64,000 nucleotides of DNA from Octopus sinensis (GCF_006345805.1 NC_043006.1:63364001-63428000), one strand, 5' to 3'; positions 1-14,054 are shown, numbered from the stretch's first letter. Made by a program: numbers and translations. Notes: generated by a model not told the origin, from the sequence alone.

Positions 1-390
1 CAAAGATTATGTTCTCAGATCAAACTCAACACAAAACCATAGCAATAAACAAGTGAAAAATAAATTACATTTATAACGGACCATGCTGATGATGGTGCAG
101 TTTTTCCTTGCGGAAAATAACAGCTGAAACTAATTTAGTACATGGGTAATTATTTTATTTCGTATATTTTTCACTTGTTTATTGCTATGGTTTTTTGTGT
201 TGAGTTTGATCTGAGAACATAATCTTTTGTGGTGAATGGCGATTGACGTCTATATCTAGCATGTTGACTGTCCACTTTTCGTGTTCAGTCCTTAATTGGT
301 ATATATAAATATTTTAATCTTCGGATTCTTTTTTAATATGCTAGACCACTGGTCTTAATTGATAAATATCAATTTCTACCCTTAATTAAT
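1..390 (+). mobile_element. Penelope-like element pseudo-LTR fragment with fold-back arms
   Basis: Inverted repeat 1-62 / 165-229 encloses HH1. The sequence downstream of HH1 (146-385) is homologous to 53710-53950, which lies next to a PLE RT remnant. Confidence 0.65.
81..145 (+). ncRNA. Type I hammerhead ribozyme motif (HH1), near-canonical
   Basis: Stem I CCAUG(81-85)/CAUGG(141-145); core CUGAUGA(86-92) plus an extra U; stem II GGUG(94-97)/CAGCU(121-125) with one bulge, extended by UUUUCC/GGAAAA; GAAA(126-129); stem III ACUA-AUU-UAGU(129-139); predicted cleavage after GUA at 140. Confidence 0.8.
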
Positions 391-623
391 TATATATATA
401 TACATATATTATATACACACATATATGTATATATATATACATACATGTGTGTGTTCGGATATGTATATATAAATATATATATGTATATGTATATATGTGT
501 GTGTGTGTGTATATGGTGTGTTGTGTGTGTTACAATTTAGAACAACAATAACAGATTATCATTATAGTACTCGGAGTTTCGAATGTCAGAGCGGAGAGCT
601 ACGATACATACATACGATACATA

Positions 624-720
<97 letters not shown>

Positions 721-860
721 ACATATGTGTGTGTGTATGTATGATATGTGACGCAACTTCATCCTCATATACACATAGGTGCTTACATGCATACATGTAA
801 CATAATACATATACATTTAGATATTTATACGTATAAATATGCGTATATATATATACTGAC
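390..860. repeat. Compound (AT)n/(TG)n microsatellite region, pure (AT)n about 620-717
   Basis: Direct reading; explains the YIYIYI ORFs. Confidence 0.95.
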
Positions 861-904
861 ATACATTCACTCTCCCGCATATATACAAACATATGCATAT
901 CCAT

Positions 905-2388
905 ATAAATGAAGTGGCCAGTTCCCCATATAGGGAACCTTTTGGAATCCTTCCGTCCAGCATGCGATGTACATGACCGAGCAAGTGCAAACGAAGCTCT
1001 GGAGCAGGTGAGAATGCTGGGTATCTTGGCTTGGTTGAGGACTTAGGTGTTGGTGATGCGGTCGCTCCACTTGATATCCAAGATACGTCTCAAATTACAA
1101 AAGTGAAAGACATTGTGACGCCACTCCTATCTGGAGTAGAGGCTCCACGTCTCACTGCCGTAAAGTAGCGTACGAAGGACGCAGGCAATCTTGGTGTTTG
1201 AAGCCAGCTTTTTGCTTTCCCAGACTCTCTTTGTGAGCCTGACAAATATAGAGGATGCTTGTCCGATTCGTCTGTTGATCTCAGGGTCCGGGGAGAAGTC
1301 ATCAACGATGGTACAGCCAAGATAGGTGAATTGATGGACTACCTCCAGCTTGTAGTTGTAGATGGTGGTGGTGGTGGTGGTGGTGGAGAGGTGCTTGACA
1401 TTTTGGCTCATTACTTGGGTCTTCATCAGATTGATAAGCTGAATTCCTGACAGGCCTTTGAGAGTTTGTCCACGAGGTGTTGCATTTGTTCTTCAGAGTG
1501 CACTGTGAGTGCCGCATCGTCCGCGAACAGCATTTCTCTGACGAGTTCCTGTTATATCCTGGATTTTGCTTTCAGCATCGACAGACTAAACAGTTTACCG
1601 TCTGATCTGGTGTGAAGGTAAACACCATCAGCTGATGTCCCAAATGCATGTTTCAGCATAACTGACATACTAGCTTCTGACATAGTAGCTTCAGCAAGTA
1701 GCTAAGTAGAACTTGCCTTGAACATCTGATGATCTCTGGCGGGATGCCACTAAACCCGGTGTTTTTCCACTGAGCAAGCCATCAATGGCTCTGCTCAGTT
1801 CTTCGGCAGTTGGCAGTGTGTCTAGCTCCTCCATGACACGTAGGTGTTCTACAGTGTCTAGGGCACTGTCCGAGATGTTGTTTTCCTTGGCTTAGAGTTC
1901 GGAATAATGTTCCACCCAGCTCTTCCGATGCGCTCTTTTGCCCCTGATAACTTCCCTTGTTCTGGATGTGAGTGGAGCTATCTTGCTCTGGGTTGGGCCG
2001 ATGGCTTTCTTGATACCCTCATGCATTCCATGAATGTTGCCCGTGTCAGACGACAGTTGGATATCTACACATACCTGTAACCAGTAGTCATTTGCACATC
2101 GCTTCACTGTCTTCTACATGCTGTGCCTTGCTGATTTCAATACTTGCAGCATTGCCCTGGTAGGTCGGTGTTTGTGCTATAGCAGGACAGCATGCTCCTC
2201 CATGGGGGTATTGAGTTTCACATTCACCTCAAACCAGTCTTGTGTCATCTTCCTCCTCCTTCCAAACGCTCTCAGTGCAGTGCTATAGATGATGTCCCCG
2301 AGAGAATCCCATCTCGGCTGAACATTGCCTTCCGGTGGGTCAGCAAGTAGGGCGTCTTCCAGTGTTTTGAAAAATGCATCCGTCTTAG
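905..2388 (-). mobile_element. RTE/BovB-clade LINE ORF fragment (linker plus RT), degraded, internally deleted
   Basis: Minus-strand peptides EMLFADDAALTVHSEEQMQHL (catalytic FADD), FTYLGCTI...INRRIGQASSIFVRLTKRVW...LLYGSETW, GKTPGFSGIPPE and RCANDYWLQVC; stops and frameshifts present. Confidence 0.9.
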
Positions 2389-3200
2389 TTTACTGTTGGA
2401 TTGCCGTAGCATTGAGTGACCACCAGCATTATCCATAACAAGGAACACCTTGAATTCCATGCAAACATTTTTGAGGTATTCTTTAGTTTGAGGGGTGAAA
2501 CATATATTGAAAACCTGTTCCGGCTTGTATCGATGATCTGCCTGAAGGTCTCGAGGTACTTTTTTGTCGGCTTCTTTGTCGGCTGATGCTGTCTCTCCAT
2601 GCGGGTAAACACACTTTATTTTAAACCATTTCTGGAAACGGTTAAACCGTCCCTTTCTGGTTCGAACATCTTCGGTCACGGAAGCTGTCAATGGTTTTCG
2701 CAGCAGTTTTTCGTTGCTTTCTGCTCCGTCTCCTCTGTGAAACTGCTGGTATAATTTCCGTGTTTTCTATTAATGTTACCGCTCAAGGGGATGTTTTTCT
2801 TCTTGCCGTCACTGGTCCACAATGCCAGGGTAGATTCCACCCTGACGAAGTGCTTATTTCTTATTATCGTTATCTTTTTGGCACATTCACAGAAACTTAC
2901 TACTACAGTAGTCCTGATCGCCCCCTCTTTCTGTATTATGTAGCGTATGGTGCTTTCGTTGAGAACATAACAGCGACCTACTGCAGCATAACTTTTACCT
3001 TCCTGGAACATATCCAGTAATGTGCCTTTTCATGGAACGTCATGACCTTTTTCTGATGCTTAGGTTCACTGCCTTAGAAGGTGTAGGGTGTTTAAGCGGC
3101 ATCTTAGAGCCTTAATAACACGCTGCAAAAAACACAGCGCTCAACAAAAATCTGGAGATAGCTACGGGACACAGTTTTTCCAAAAATAACTACAAAAAAC
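2389..3200 (-). mobile_element. Tigger/pogo transposase fragment (CENP-B-type HTH plus part of DDE_1)
   Basis: ORFs EGKSYAAVGRCYVLNESTIRYI, KGRFNRFQKWF...HGETASAD...YKPEQVFN and FKVFLVMDNAGGH. Confidence 0.85.
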
Positions 3201-4080
3201 TTCATTGCGTCTAATATGCGCATACCACCAATAGGAGATTGAGCAGATAATAAAAATAATCATAGTGTTGAAAAATTTAGTTTGTATTACCAAACGATAC
3301 AGTAATCTATACTATATTAATAAGAGGGGGAAGGGTAGAAAAGAGAGAGAGGTGGTGGGAAAGAGAGAGGTGGAGTCGGAGAGAGAGATAGGGAACAGCA
3401 AGTAACCTAATTTCAATGAGGCTATATTCGTTCACGAACTTGAAAATTATCCTGTTGAAATAAACAATGTGAATGATCAAATGTAGCGATGATTTTTTAA
3501 ATAACAGCGCTGGTATATTTCATTTGTCATCGCTAGCCCCAAAAATATTGGTGTGATTGTCTTACTCTGTTACTCTCCTCCCACTATCACGTGATCCGTG
3601 ACGGCCTAAGGGAGTGTCATTCTTTTTCGTGTTGCCTTCGACTGGTCTGGACACGATTTTCTGAGCTCCTCGCTCTACTCTCCCGTGTTTATAATCCTTT
3701 AGGACAGTTTTCATTCCTCCTTCGCATTATTCATTTTTGTCTTGTCATGCAGCCCTAAGGCTTTTTTTTTTTTTGCTGTATATGTATTATTATCATTTTA
3801 ATTGTTGGTTTCGTGTGATCCTAAGCCTTTATTCTGTTTATTATTTTGTCCCTCGTCCGTTTACTAGCGGTCTCATCTTGAGCCCGTCTCATTTTGTTAT
3901 GTTTTGGTCCCATTCCCGGCAAGTTTCTTGCCGGTGCCTCCAGAGTGGAACTTGACCCCCTCGCCGATAACTGAAGAGGTGTTCGTGACCTTTTGTGTTT
4001 TCTCTGCGTCTGTGTATTTAGTATATGATCATATGTTTATTTACTACACAGTTTTTGAAGCCCATCGTAATATAATATAT

Positions 4081-4140
<60 letters not shown>

Positions 4141-4159
4141 GTTGTTGTATGTATATATG

Positions 4160-4362
4160 TTTTGTGTGGTCTGTGGGTTGTTCTCGTACCATCGCTTGAC
4201 AACCGATGTTGGTGTGTTTACGTCCCCATAACTTAGCAGTTCAGCCAAAGAGACCGATAGAATAAGTACTAAGCTTACAAAGAATAAGTCCTGGGATCGA
4301 TGTGTTCGAGTAAAGAGGGTGCTCCAGCATGGCTGCAGTGAAATGACTGAAACAAGTAAAAG
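4160..4362 (+). mobile_element. SINE family A, 3' half
   Basis: atcgcttgacaaccgatg...cataacttagcagttcagccaaagagaccgatagaataagtac...gctccagcatggctgcagtgaaatgactgaaacaagtaaaag matches the full copy at 48579-48993. Confidence 0.85.
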
Positions 4363-4433
4363 GATAGCAGGATATATATATAATATAAATAATATATATA
4401 TGCATATATACATACGTACACATACATACTTAC

Positions 4434-4481
<48 letters not shown>

Positions 4482-4482
<1 letters not shown>

Positions 4483-5313
4483 TACATATGCATATGTGGG
4501 CACCGGACGTCACAAAACGTAAACAACAAAAAATACGAAGTACGAGGAGATGGAATGTGAATTTTTTGCGAACAACGAACGAGACAAACAACACAAGGAA
4601 CATCTCTATTCTACCTATTGCTTTTTCGTTTTTTCTCTCTTCCTTTCTCTTATTCTTTTACCTTCTCTTCTCCCACTATTGTATCCCCTTATTCTTTCGT
4701 TTTCATTCTTCCTTTCTCTTATTCTTTTACCTCCCCATCTCTCTCTCTCTTTTTTTCTCTCTTATCCTATCTTCAATTTTTTACCTCTCCCCTTCACAGT
4801 TATCTGTTTGTTGCTCTCTCTTCCTCACTCTTCCTCCTTTGCTCACATTGCTCCCACGTGACCATCGGCCATTTTTCTTTCTTCTCCTAGCTTATGTTTC
4901 ATTCTTTCTTCCTGTTGCGGCTGGACGAGGAAGACGTATTTTTGTCTGTCACCTGTCCAAGCTTCTTTCTTCGCGTTCGCCACCACAACCCCGTTCAGCC
5001 TTAGCACCCCTACCTGTTTGTTTTCATTGTGCTGTTTTTGTCACCAATTTTGATCTTCCGCAAAATCCCAAATTTTATTAAATTTGCTTTGCGGACCAAC
5101 TGTTTTATCGAAGGCGTATCTTGTCGTGAATTGCATGAAATGCGGATTAGAAAAACAGCCAACAACTGATGAAGGGTCGTTCTTTGTTTTGTTTGCCTTG
5201 TTTTCCATGTTTTCCTTTCGTCGTTTAAAAACGTTCATATTCCATGTCCTCGTACTTCATATTTTTTGTTGTTTACGTTTTGTGACGTCCTCTGCCCACA
5301 TATGCATATGTAT
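4482..5313. mobile_element. Fold-back non-autonomous element (long inverted arms, TA-microsatellite flanks), family shared with 18743-19400
   Basis: atacatatgcatatgtgggca..ggacgtcacaaaacgtaaacaacaaaaaatacgaagtacgagga at the left end is inverted at the right end (about 5245-5313). The interior matches 18890-19300 in the opposite orientation (ataaaatttgggatt, atggtcacgtg). The class (PLE-derived or MITE) is uncertain. Confidence 0.7.
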
Positions 5314-6169
5314 ATACGTATAAATGTAAGTATGTACATATACGTATATATATATATATGCATATATATATATATATATTATTTATATTATTATATGATT
5401 GTACGCCACACTTCCTTTTCCAAGTATATATATATATATATATACTTTCACTACAACGAGAGGTTGTTGTTGTTGAGAGACAAATACAGTGAGATAGGGA
5501 GAGTATGTGTGTGCGTGTGTGTGTGTGTGCGCGTGTGTGTGTGTGTGTGTATGTGTGTGTGTGGGAAACATAAATAGATGTTGCTATACTAATTAAGCAA
5601 GTTTTGATTGACAGCAGGAATTTTAAGAATCAAGCGATGTGATGTGCGGCTATTCTAATCAGAGCTTCAGTTGCGAAGGAACGTCCAATAAACCGACAAA
5701 TACAGTGTATTATTATTAATAATTTAGCCTTGAAAAGTGTGAAAATGTATATATTGCCACGAAAATAACCATAAAAAATCGCGGACGAAATTTACGATCC
5801 TGCGAATATGCGGTGGTTTCCACGAACAATTATTAGTTCTGCGAATAACCGGGACCGCGAATGTCGAACCGTTAATAATTTATTAAAACATTGCTCTAAT
5901 CATTACTCCTGACCAATTTTGGATTCTTCACCCTTAGTGCAATTAACCCCGTCCCTTTGTTTTTTCATCTGTCCTTTCCAATCATTTTCTTTAATTTTTA
6001 CAATGCTTCAAACAGAATGAGCATATATAAGTTATTCCTGTTATCTTGTTTCAAATTTCAATAAAATAAATACATAGACTTTGTTAATACAGAGATCAGT
6101 TTATGCGTGTGTTTGTGTGTGTATACAATAAAAAAATTTTAAATCATCAAGAAGACCACCATTCAAGGA

Positions 6170-6420
6170 GGCATACAATATATTTAAAATAAAAAGGATG
6201 TAGTTTTTGGTTTCATTTTAGACTTTACAATGATCCAACTGTTTTATATAAACAAGCATTATCTTTAGAGGTTAGAAGGATTTCACAGAAATTTTACGCA
6301 ATATTTACAGAAATCAGATTAAAAAACAATCATCTGACAAAAACAACAAAAACATAACTTTGAGAAATTAAACTTAGCACTTTTGGCCCAACGATATATC
6401 AGATAATACAACGATATTTG
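6170..6420 (+). pseudogene. Highly decayed CR1/L2-like RT C-terminal remnant
   Basis: RLEGFHRNFTQ...NFEKLNLALLAQRYIR*YNDIWKI resembles the LERVQRRATK...LKKLNL.SL..RR...YKI motif; several stops. Confidence 0.4.
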
Positions 6421-6554
6421 GAAAATTGAATATCGATTTTTATAGATCGTGAAAGAAAATTAAAGAATTCATATGTGTATGTATCTTCCTGCCACAAGCG
6501 ATGTCACAAATGGTGTTTTCATATGTTTATTTATCATTGCAAGTTGTATGTGAA

Positions 6555-6604
<50 letters not shown>

Positions 6605-6619
6605 ATGAATATATTGTGT

Positions 6620-7790
6620 GTTGTAGCTGGTGAAGCCAGGTTGCAGACCAAAGAAATATCAGGGTTTCGAAAGCGACTCTTATTCTCCATGACAAAAACA
6701 GTTGCAAACAGTAATATATCAATGGACGTTCATCGCTGTTACAGTGCTGCACAAATACATAATAGTATGTTCTGGTACATTTAAGCCTTCATATTGATCT
6801 TAGACGTAGTCGTACCTCAACTTTATCTTTCTGTTCTGCTAGTTCCATCAGGAGACAACCACAGATCATTTACGATATCACCCGACTTACTGGAATTATC
6901 AACCAAATTTTCGTCATATCACTCTCTAGTGTCCTAATATGAGAAACAAATGTCGTCCACATACAGAACAACTTTGACAACTCATCAGCTCAAGTTGATC
7001 AGACTCGATAGTAAATATTAACAACACCAACAAGGTAGCGAATTTCAGAATCATTAGGTTGTAGGGCCAAATATTTTATGCTGTCTGTTTCAGCTCTCTA
7101 CGCCCTACGCCCTAAGTTCAAATCGAGCCAAGGTCGACTTTGTGTTTCACCATGTCTAGATCAATATTATAAAATGCTAGTCCAGCGTGATGGACTAGCG
7201 GATTTGATGAAGCTTCGTAAAAAGTAAGAGGCAATGAAAAATAATCAAGGTTGCTGCTCCCGCTTCTGTAAATAACAAGTAAAAAGCATCGATAACGTCG
7301 TTTCTTAATTAGAAATATATTTCTGTCATCGAATGGAGTCTGGTCAATGTTGTTGCTTTCGAAATGTCTCTTTCAACAGCACAAACACAGAAATCACTAC
7401 ACATATCACGAAACTATCATCCCGCTAGCTCCTGCATGTGAACAACACCCAAGAAGAACTCTCAATAGTACTATAGATGCAACGTGTCACCATCAACATA
7501 AGAAAAACTACATCATAAAGACGAGCATTTCTCCAGAGTTATGAAATAGTTAAATAGTTAATCCCTCAATAACTATTTCCACATCTGAGACAGTGCTGCT
7601 GCTGCTGTTGCTGCTGCTGCGATGGTTGTTGCGGCTGCAGATAAGCTTCTTTTGTATATCCAAATACACTCTGCTCCAGGTGTCTTACTTTGTTTATGAC
7701 AGGATTTAATGTGGCAAACTGAGCGACTGATAAAGGCTCTCTTCTTGGCTTGACATCTATCTTCCTTGCCCGAGCAAGTGAAAAACCTCC
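6620..7790 (-). pseudogene. Decayed L1/Tx1-like RT remnant interrupted by a SINE B relic (about 7030-7190)
   Basis: Minus-strand VVKVVLYVDDICFS (catalytic YxDD, about 6930-6980), KTPGAECI (K.PG.DG-like, about 7670-7700) and LFLSWRIRVAFETL. Confidence 0.45.
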
Positions 7791-9387
7791 ATTTTCATGT
7801 TTGTGTGAAAATATGTGTGTGTTTGTGTGTGTTTGCGTGTGTGTGTGTATTGTGTATGTGTGTGTTTGCGTATGTGTGTGTGATCCTGAACATGTCTATT
7901 AGGGGTGGAACATAGAAATAGAAATCAGTTCTATTAAGGGTGTAGCGTAGAAGATAGTTCTTTTAAGGGTGTGACATGGAAAATAGTTCTCTTAATACAT
8001 CACTGAAAAACTACAAAACTCATGTTTGAATCAAATAGGATGCCTCTACGTGGTTACTTTACCACCTAAAAATAGAAGCAAAATCTCCCACAAAAAGAAA
8101 AGGTTGCATTGGCTAAAGTAATTGTATATATACTGAATAAAAAGAGAAAGAGAAGAAATACAAGATAGACCTCTTGATATACCAATAAAATTTCCCTCAA
8201 ATCCAACTCTACAAGAGAAAGATTATGTAATTGTACTGTTCCAACACTGTAAATGAAAGACAGGATGATCGTGAGTGATCAACAGGTCCAGTCGAGGCTT
8301 TAAAACAACAGCAACATATTCATGCACCAAACAAGGAGTATTTACGTGGTTGCTCGATATGCTAGAAATAGCAGCCAATTTCCAACAATTCACACATTTT
8401 TCTTCTTCCTTCCGTAACAGTATAAACCTGGATTTGCTTCTCCTTCAGTAAAGCACAAATTTAAGTTTGCTTCTCTCCATTGGGACACAGGGCAATGAAT
8501 GTCTTCTGTTCTCCTTCAAAAGAATAGGTACTTATAGTTGATTCTTTAATGGGATTGGTTGTTTTTATAGCATAGATTTGATAGCCTAGCCCTCAACCAT
8601 TGAAGATTATCATTTAATCCACGAGTTGAATTTGTTGCAGGATATCAGAGCGTGTCTATCTGTCGGAGTGCGGGTCAGGTATACAAAAGTTTCGGGAGCA
8701 TATCTTCTCCAGTTGCTTCTTTCAAGTTTACAAAACCAATTAGCACAGAGGCAGGAAGATAGGATTCATGTGTCTGAGAGAAGATATATATTAAATTTAG
8801 ACATTTTCACTTTTAATGCACGCCCCACCACACTTTGCTAACTAATTCACACTGTATGCTCTTGAAAGAAGGATATGCACATTGGGAAAACATACTTGTA
8901 AATATGAATTTAAAAAAACAGGTAAGATAGTAGCAGACTGAATGTCTTGCCGTTCTGCTTGCATTTGCTACTGAACTGTAAGATATTTTATAATAATTTA
9001 ATGCCCAGTCAACGAGAATGTAGTTCTACTAAGTTTATATAAATTGCTTTCTGCAGCATTTGTATGCATGTACGTATTTATGTATGTGCGTGTAATACGT
9101 GTGTATATGTGTCTGTGAAGAGAAGAGTCCAACGACGTATATATTGTCTGTATAAAAATATAAATGAGTGTTTATCTTGCTTAATATTGACTTTTTATTT
9201 CTATTTCAGAAACAACATCCTTCGATAAAAATAAGAATGTGTTGCAAACGACTGAAAGACAGAAAGCAATATATATATAATGCAAGTGGAATATGTAACC
9301 AAAATCCCCAAAACTGCTCAAAGTATTTTAACTTCGAACTCAACAATGCGCAAGTTTGAAGGAAAGTGCATCACTTACACTCAGATA

Positions 9388-9460
9388 CGTATGTATGTAT
9401 GTATGTATGTATGTATGTATGTATGTATGTATGTATGTATGTATGTATGTATGTATGCAT
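9388..9460. repeat. (GTAT)n microsatellite
   Basis: Direct reading. Confidence 0.95.
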
Positions 9461-10509
9461 GTACACACACACACTGATCCATACATACATATGTGTGTGT
9501 GTGTGTGTGTGTGTGTGTATTTTGGTACGAAAGTCTACACAAACAAGAAAAAGGGACAAGAAAAAAAACTAAATACGAAATACAGGGTTACATTTTATTT
9601 ATTGAATGCTAAAAACTTCCCTAATAGATTCACATTTACAAAAGAAATGTAGAACAGACAGGGAAGATTTCAGTTTATAGCATATGCATACACATATACA
9701 TACATACATACGCACACATATATAGATATACATGCATGCATATATACTTACATACATACATATATATGTGTATGTGTGCGTGTGTGCGTGTGTACGCGCT
9801 CGTGTGTGTGTGTGTGTGTATGAGTGTGTGTGTACTGGGAAGCCTTTACATGCAGGATATTACGTATAAAGACTTACAGAGAAACGCCTGCAGAAGAACA
9901 TCAGTCTGGATATAAATTTTGAAATATATTCGGAAAAAATACAAGGACAAACAAATAAATAAATAAGAATGGTGAGAGGTTAATCAGTCTAACCATCATT
10001 CTAAATTTGCTTAGCAAATACTTCCAATCTTTCCTCGGAGGAATTCATTAGCTGTTTATTGTATCTTTCTTTTTTTTTTTGTTATTAATGTTTTCATTAT
10101 TTTCAAAAAAGTTTGTGTTGAAATAAGTTTTTAGTTTTTATGTTTTTCCTTTGAACAAACATTTTTTTTTCCGCTTTGTATAACTTCTGTTATTATTGTT
10201 AAGAGAATAGCTATTGTTGTCGTTGTTGATACTGTTGTTGTTGTTGTTGCTGTTGTTGTTGTTCTTCCTGATGGGGGGAAGTTCCTAATATTTGTTTACT
10301 TTATCACACAAAAATAACACTCCTGTCTGTTGCAATAGCAAGAAATATTAAATGAATGAATAAATAAATATATTGATATCGGAAACGATATGTAAGTAAT
10401 ATTGTCATCAAATGTTGTTCAATTTATAAATTAGAGGTGAGTATCCTAGGAAAGGGTTACTGGAATGGAACAAAAGGTGATTCTAGGAAATGCGTTGTTT
10501 TTGTTTTTC

Positions 10510-10830
10510 ATTATTATTGTCGTTCTTTCAACTCAGGCCTTGCATATGTAGCAGGCTTCCTATCTACTGTACCAAGCAATTTGTTCTCCTCCACTATCTA
10601 ATACTTTCCTGATGATTCTGGCCATACCAAGTACGCAAACCTTTTTGCAGCAACTCTACTTGGTACTCTATTCCGTTTCCTTTATATTCCTATCAATACC
10701 TTCTGATACTTTCCCCAAGATCCCATCAATAATTAGCATTGTCTTCATCTTTTCAGTTTCCACAGTCAAACTATCGTGTATTTAAGAGGATTGTATATGT
10801 CTATTTGTGCCTATAGTAAAAAGGATTATT
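10510..10830 (-). mobile_element. R4/Dong-clade non-LTR 3' fragment between (TAA)n runs
   Basis: Minus-strand LIIDGILGKVSEG...VELLQK..VLGMARIIRKVLD (typical R4/Dong C-terminus); flanked by attattatt runs at about 10510 and 10827-10870. Confidence 0.7.
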
Positions 10831-11672
10831 ATTATTATCATTATCATCATTATTAATATTATTATTATTACTGTGGCGAGACGGCTTTTCAAATCTTTAC
10901 AGATACGAGCAGACAAGATAAGTAGGTGAATTTAATGGGAGATAGAATTTATATAACATATTGAGTAAACTCATAAAAAGTGAGAAAAGTTGTAAAATTA
11001 TGTTAATTCCAAACGGGGTAAGGATGATATTCTTAATGCTTCCAGAAAGCAATATTAATAATGAATTTTTTCATTTAAAAAAATGGGGGAGGTTATAATG
11101 GTGTTAGAGAAAGACTTGGTTATTATCAAACTACGTTTTGCAGATGTGATTATGGATATCAAATATGTATCAGAATAGCATAAATATGAAACAGTGGGCC
11201 AGCTCATATCAAGTCTTACGGAAAAAAATATTCGTAGAATTACGTACGAGAAAATGATCTTCATACAAAAGAAGTTATAAAATATTATGAAATGATAAAC
11301 GCCATTAACTAATCTAAACCACTATCAAACCCATTTTCTTTAAATAGAAATTGATATTATACTGAGCACAAAATTTGATAATGCTTAGAAATACAAAGCA
11401 ATATTACTATGAAAAGGAAATTAGATCTCAGGTATAATACCGGTGTTAATATGAATGTGTTGTAAAATAAAATCTGTCTTGATATCAAAATCTAGAGAGC
11501 TTGGAAATGAAACCAATATACAGTTAAAGTGTGATATTGATATCGTTGTGAAGTAATTTTGTTATCTAACGTTTCAGTAACGATCTGGATATGAAACATT
11601 CAAGCAATATAGAAAATAATTGGTGTTCGGATATCTATGATGTGTGCACGCGTGTGTATATATGTATGAACG

Positions 11673-11718
<46 letters not shown>

Positions 11719-11741
11719 ATATATATATATATACATATATA

Positions 11742-11792
<51 letters not shown>

Positions 11793-11795
<3 letters not shown>

Positions 11796-13392
11796 TGGGG
11801 GGAGTAAATATTCTTAATGTCAAAATTCTTTATTAATTTCTAATGAACATAAATGGGATATACCATTACTATATTTGCATACACATGCATAAACTAAGAA
11901 TATGCAAAAGAAACTAATAAATTATAGTAACTAAGGAATTTATATACAATCATAAATATTTAGGGGTGAAAAAAGTATTCGACAATAATAAATTTATGAT
12001 TTTCTATGCCACAAAATACTGTTAAAATATTTTTTTTTACTAGAACTTACTCGTTTGTTCCAATAATCTTATCAGTTGTCATTTTTAAGTGTCAAAACGC
12101 TACCTTCTTCATTCAGCACTGAGACAACATAAAGTAATCGTAATAATGGCGAAAAGTAAAGAACTCACAAATACAGTAAAAAACTTAATTATTGAACAGT
12201 GGAAAGCAGATAAAAGTTACAGGAAAATATCAGAGACCCTTTGTATTCCATTTTCTACCATATCTTCATTTATTCAAAGATATAAAAAAATCGGGAACTG
12301 TTGAAAATAGAATAAGATCTAGTGCACCATGCAAGATTTCCCCTAGATCTTTAAGAAAAATGAAATGAAGAATCGAAAAAAACGCAATGATCACCAGAAA
12401 GGAGTTGCAAGAAGATTTGTTAGCTTCAGGGACTAGTGTTACACTACGAACAATCTGCAATGAACTTCATAGGAATGAAATGAAGTCACGCTCTCCTAGA
12501 AAAACTCCGCTGTTGACTAAAAGGCATAGAGATGCCCGTTTAAAATTTGTTATTGAACGTAAAGATAAACCTGATGCATTCTGGGAAAATGTTTTATGGA
12601 CAGACGAGTCGAAAATTGAATTGTTTGGAAGAAATTCGCGTAGCCATGTTTGGAGGAAAGATGGTACTACCCATTCGCCGAAAAACACAATTCCTACCAT
12701 AAAGTTTGGAGGTGGTAACATCATGGTGTGGGGGTGTTTGTCTGCAAATGGTACAGGCAATTTATATGTGATAGATGGTAGAATGAATGCAGAGATGTAC
12801 CAAAATATTTTGAACAATAATTTATGGGACTTTGTAGAAAAGCTCCAGCTTTGTGAAGGGTGGGTTTCACAACGGATAACGATCCTAAGCACACGGTGAA
12901 GTCTACCAAAAATGGATTTTCGATAACAATATAAAATTATTAGAATGGCCAAGCCAGTCACCTGACTTCAGCCCCATTGAAAATTTGTGGCGTTATTTGA
13001 AAATTAAAATTCATTCAAGAGCTCCAACGTGCTTTCCAGATTTGAAGAAAATTTGTCAACAACAATGGGAAAAATTCCTAAAGTAACATGCGAGTCATTG
13101 ATTAAAAACTACAAGAAGGAATTGGTTGAAGTGGAACTGAATAATGGTTATGCTACGAAGTATTAAATCAGAATTATCGATTATTTGTGTTCTGTACGAA
13201 TACATTTTTTCACCCCTAAATATTTATAATTGTATATAAATTCCTTAGTAACTATAATTTATTAGTTTCTTTTGCATATTCTTAGTTTATGCATGTGTAT
13301 GCAAATATAGTATTGGTATATCCCATTTATGTTCATTAGAAATTAGATAAATAGAGAATTTTTACATGTACTAATATTTATTTCTCCCACTG
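11793..13392 (+). mobile_element. Full-length (1600 bp) Tc1-family DD34E transposon with ~200-bp TIRs, TA target, inactive
   Basis: TA|CAGTGGGGG...CCCACTG|TA ends; 11793-11992 is inverted at about 13196-13392; inserted in (TA)n. Confidence 0.95.
12146..13166 (+). pseudogene. Tc1 transposase pseudogene
   Basis: MAKSKELT...SYRKISETLCIPFSTISSFIQRYKK; VLWTDESKIELFG; KFGGGNIMVWGC; (F)QQDNDPKHT after a frameshift; WPSQSPDFSPIENLW; frameshifts and an in-frame stop. Confidence 0.95.
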
Positions 13393-13396
13393 TATG

Positions 13397-13436
<40 letters not shown>

Positions 13437-13652
13437 GTTTGTGTGTCTGTGTTTGTCCCTGGTCATCGCTTGACAACCGATGCTGGTGTGTTTACGTCTG
13501 CGTAACTTAGCGGTTCGGCGGTTCGGCAAAAGACACCGATAGAATAAGTATTAGACTTACAAAGAATAAGTTCTGGCGTCGATTTGTTCGACTAAAGGCG
13601 GTGCTCCAGCATGGCCGCAGTCAAACGACTGAAACAAATAATTGAGTAAAAG
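13437..13652 (+). mobile_element. SINE family A, 3' half
   Basis: Same 3' module as 48790-48993. Confidence 0.85.
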
Positions 13653-13665
13653 AGAATATATATAA

Positions 13666-13776
<111 letters not shown>

Positions 13777-14010
13777 AGTATACGAAAAATGTTTTATTAA
13801 TATTTAGCAGAAGTAACAGAGTGACTAATTTCATAAGTGCCAACGCACGAAACTCTAGGACTGTGAGTCACTCTGAGTATGTATTTATTTTTTTCTTAAT
13901 ATTTAGCGAAATTACTTCTGCTAAATATTAAGAAAAAAAAACAAACACACTGATATCTAGAGTTCTATTTTTACTGTTCGCATCAACACACTTGTAAGTA
14001 TGTAAATGTG

Positions 14011-14054
<44 letters not shown>

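Noticed and set aside
10880-11420. CR1-like EKDLVII remnant
   Set aside because: Too degraded to support beyond one motif.
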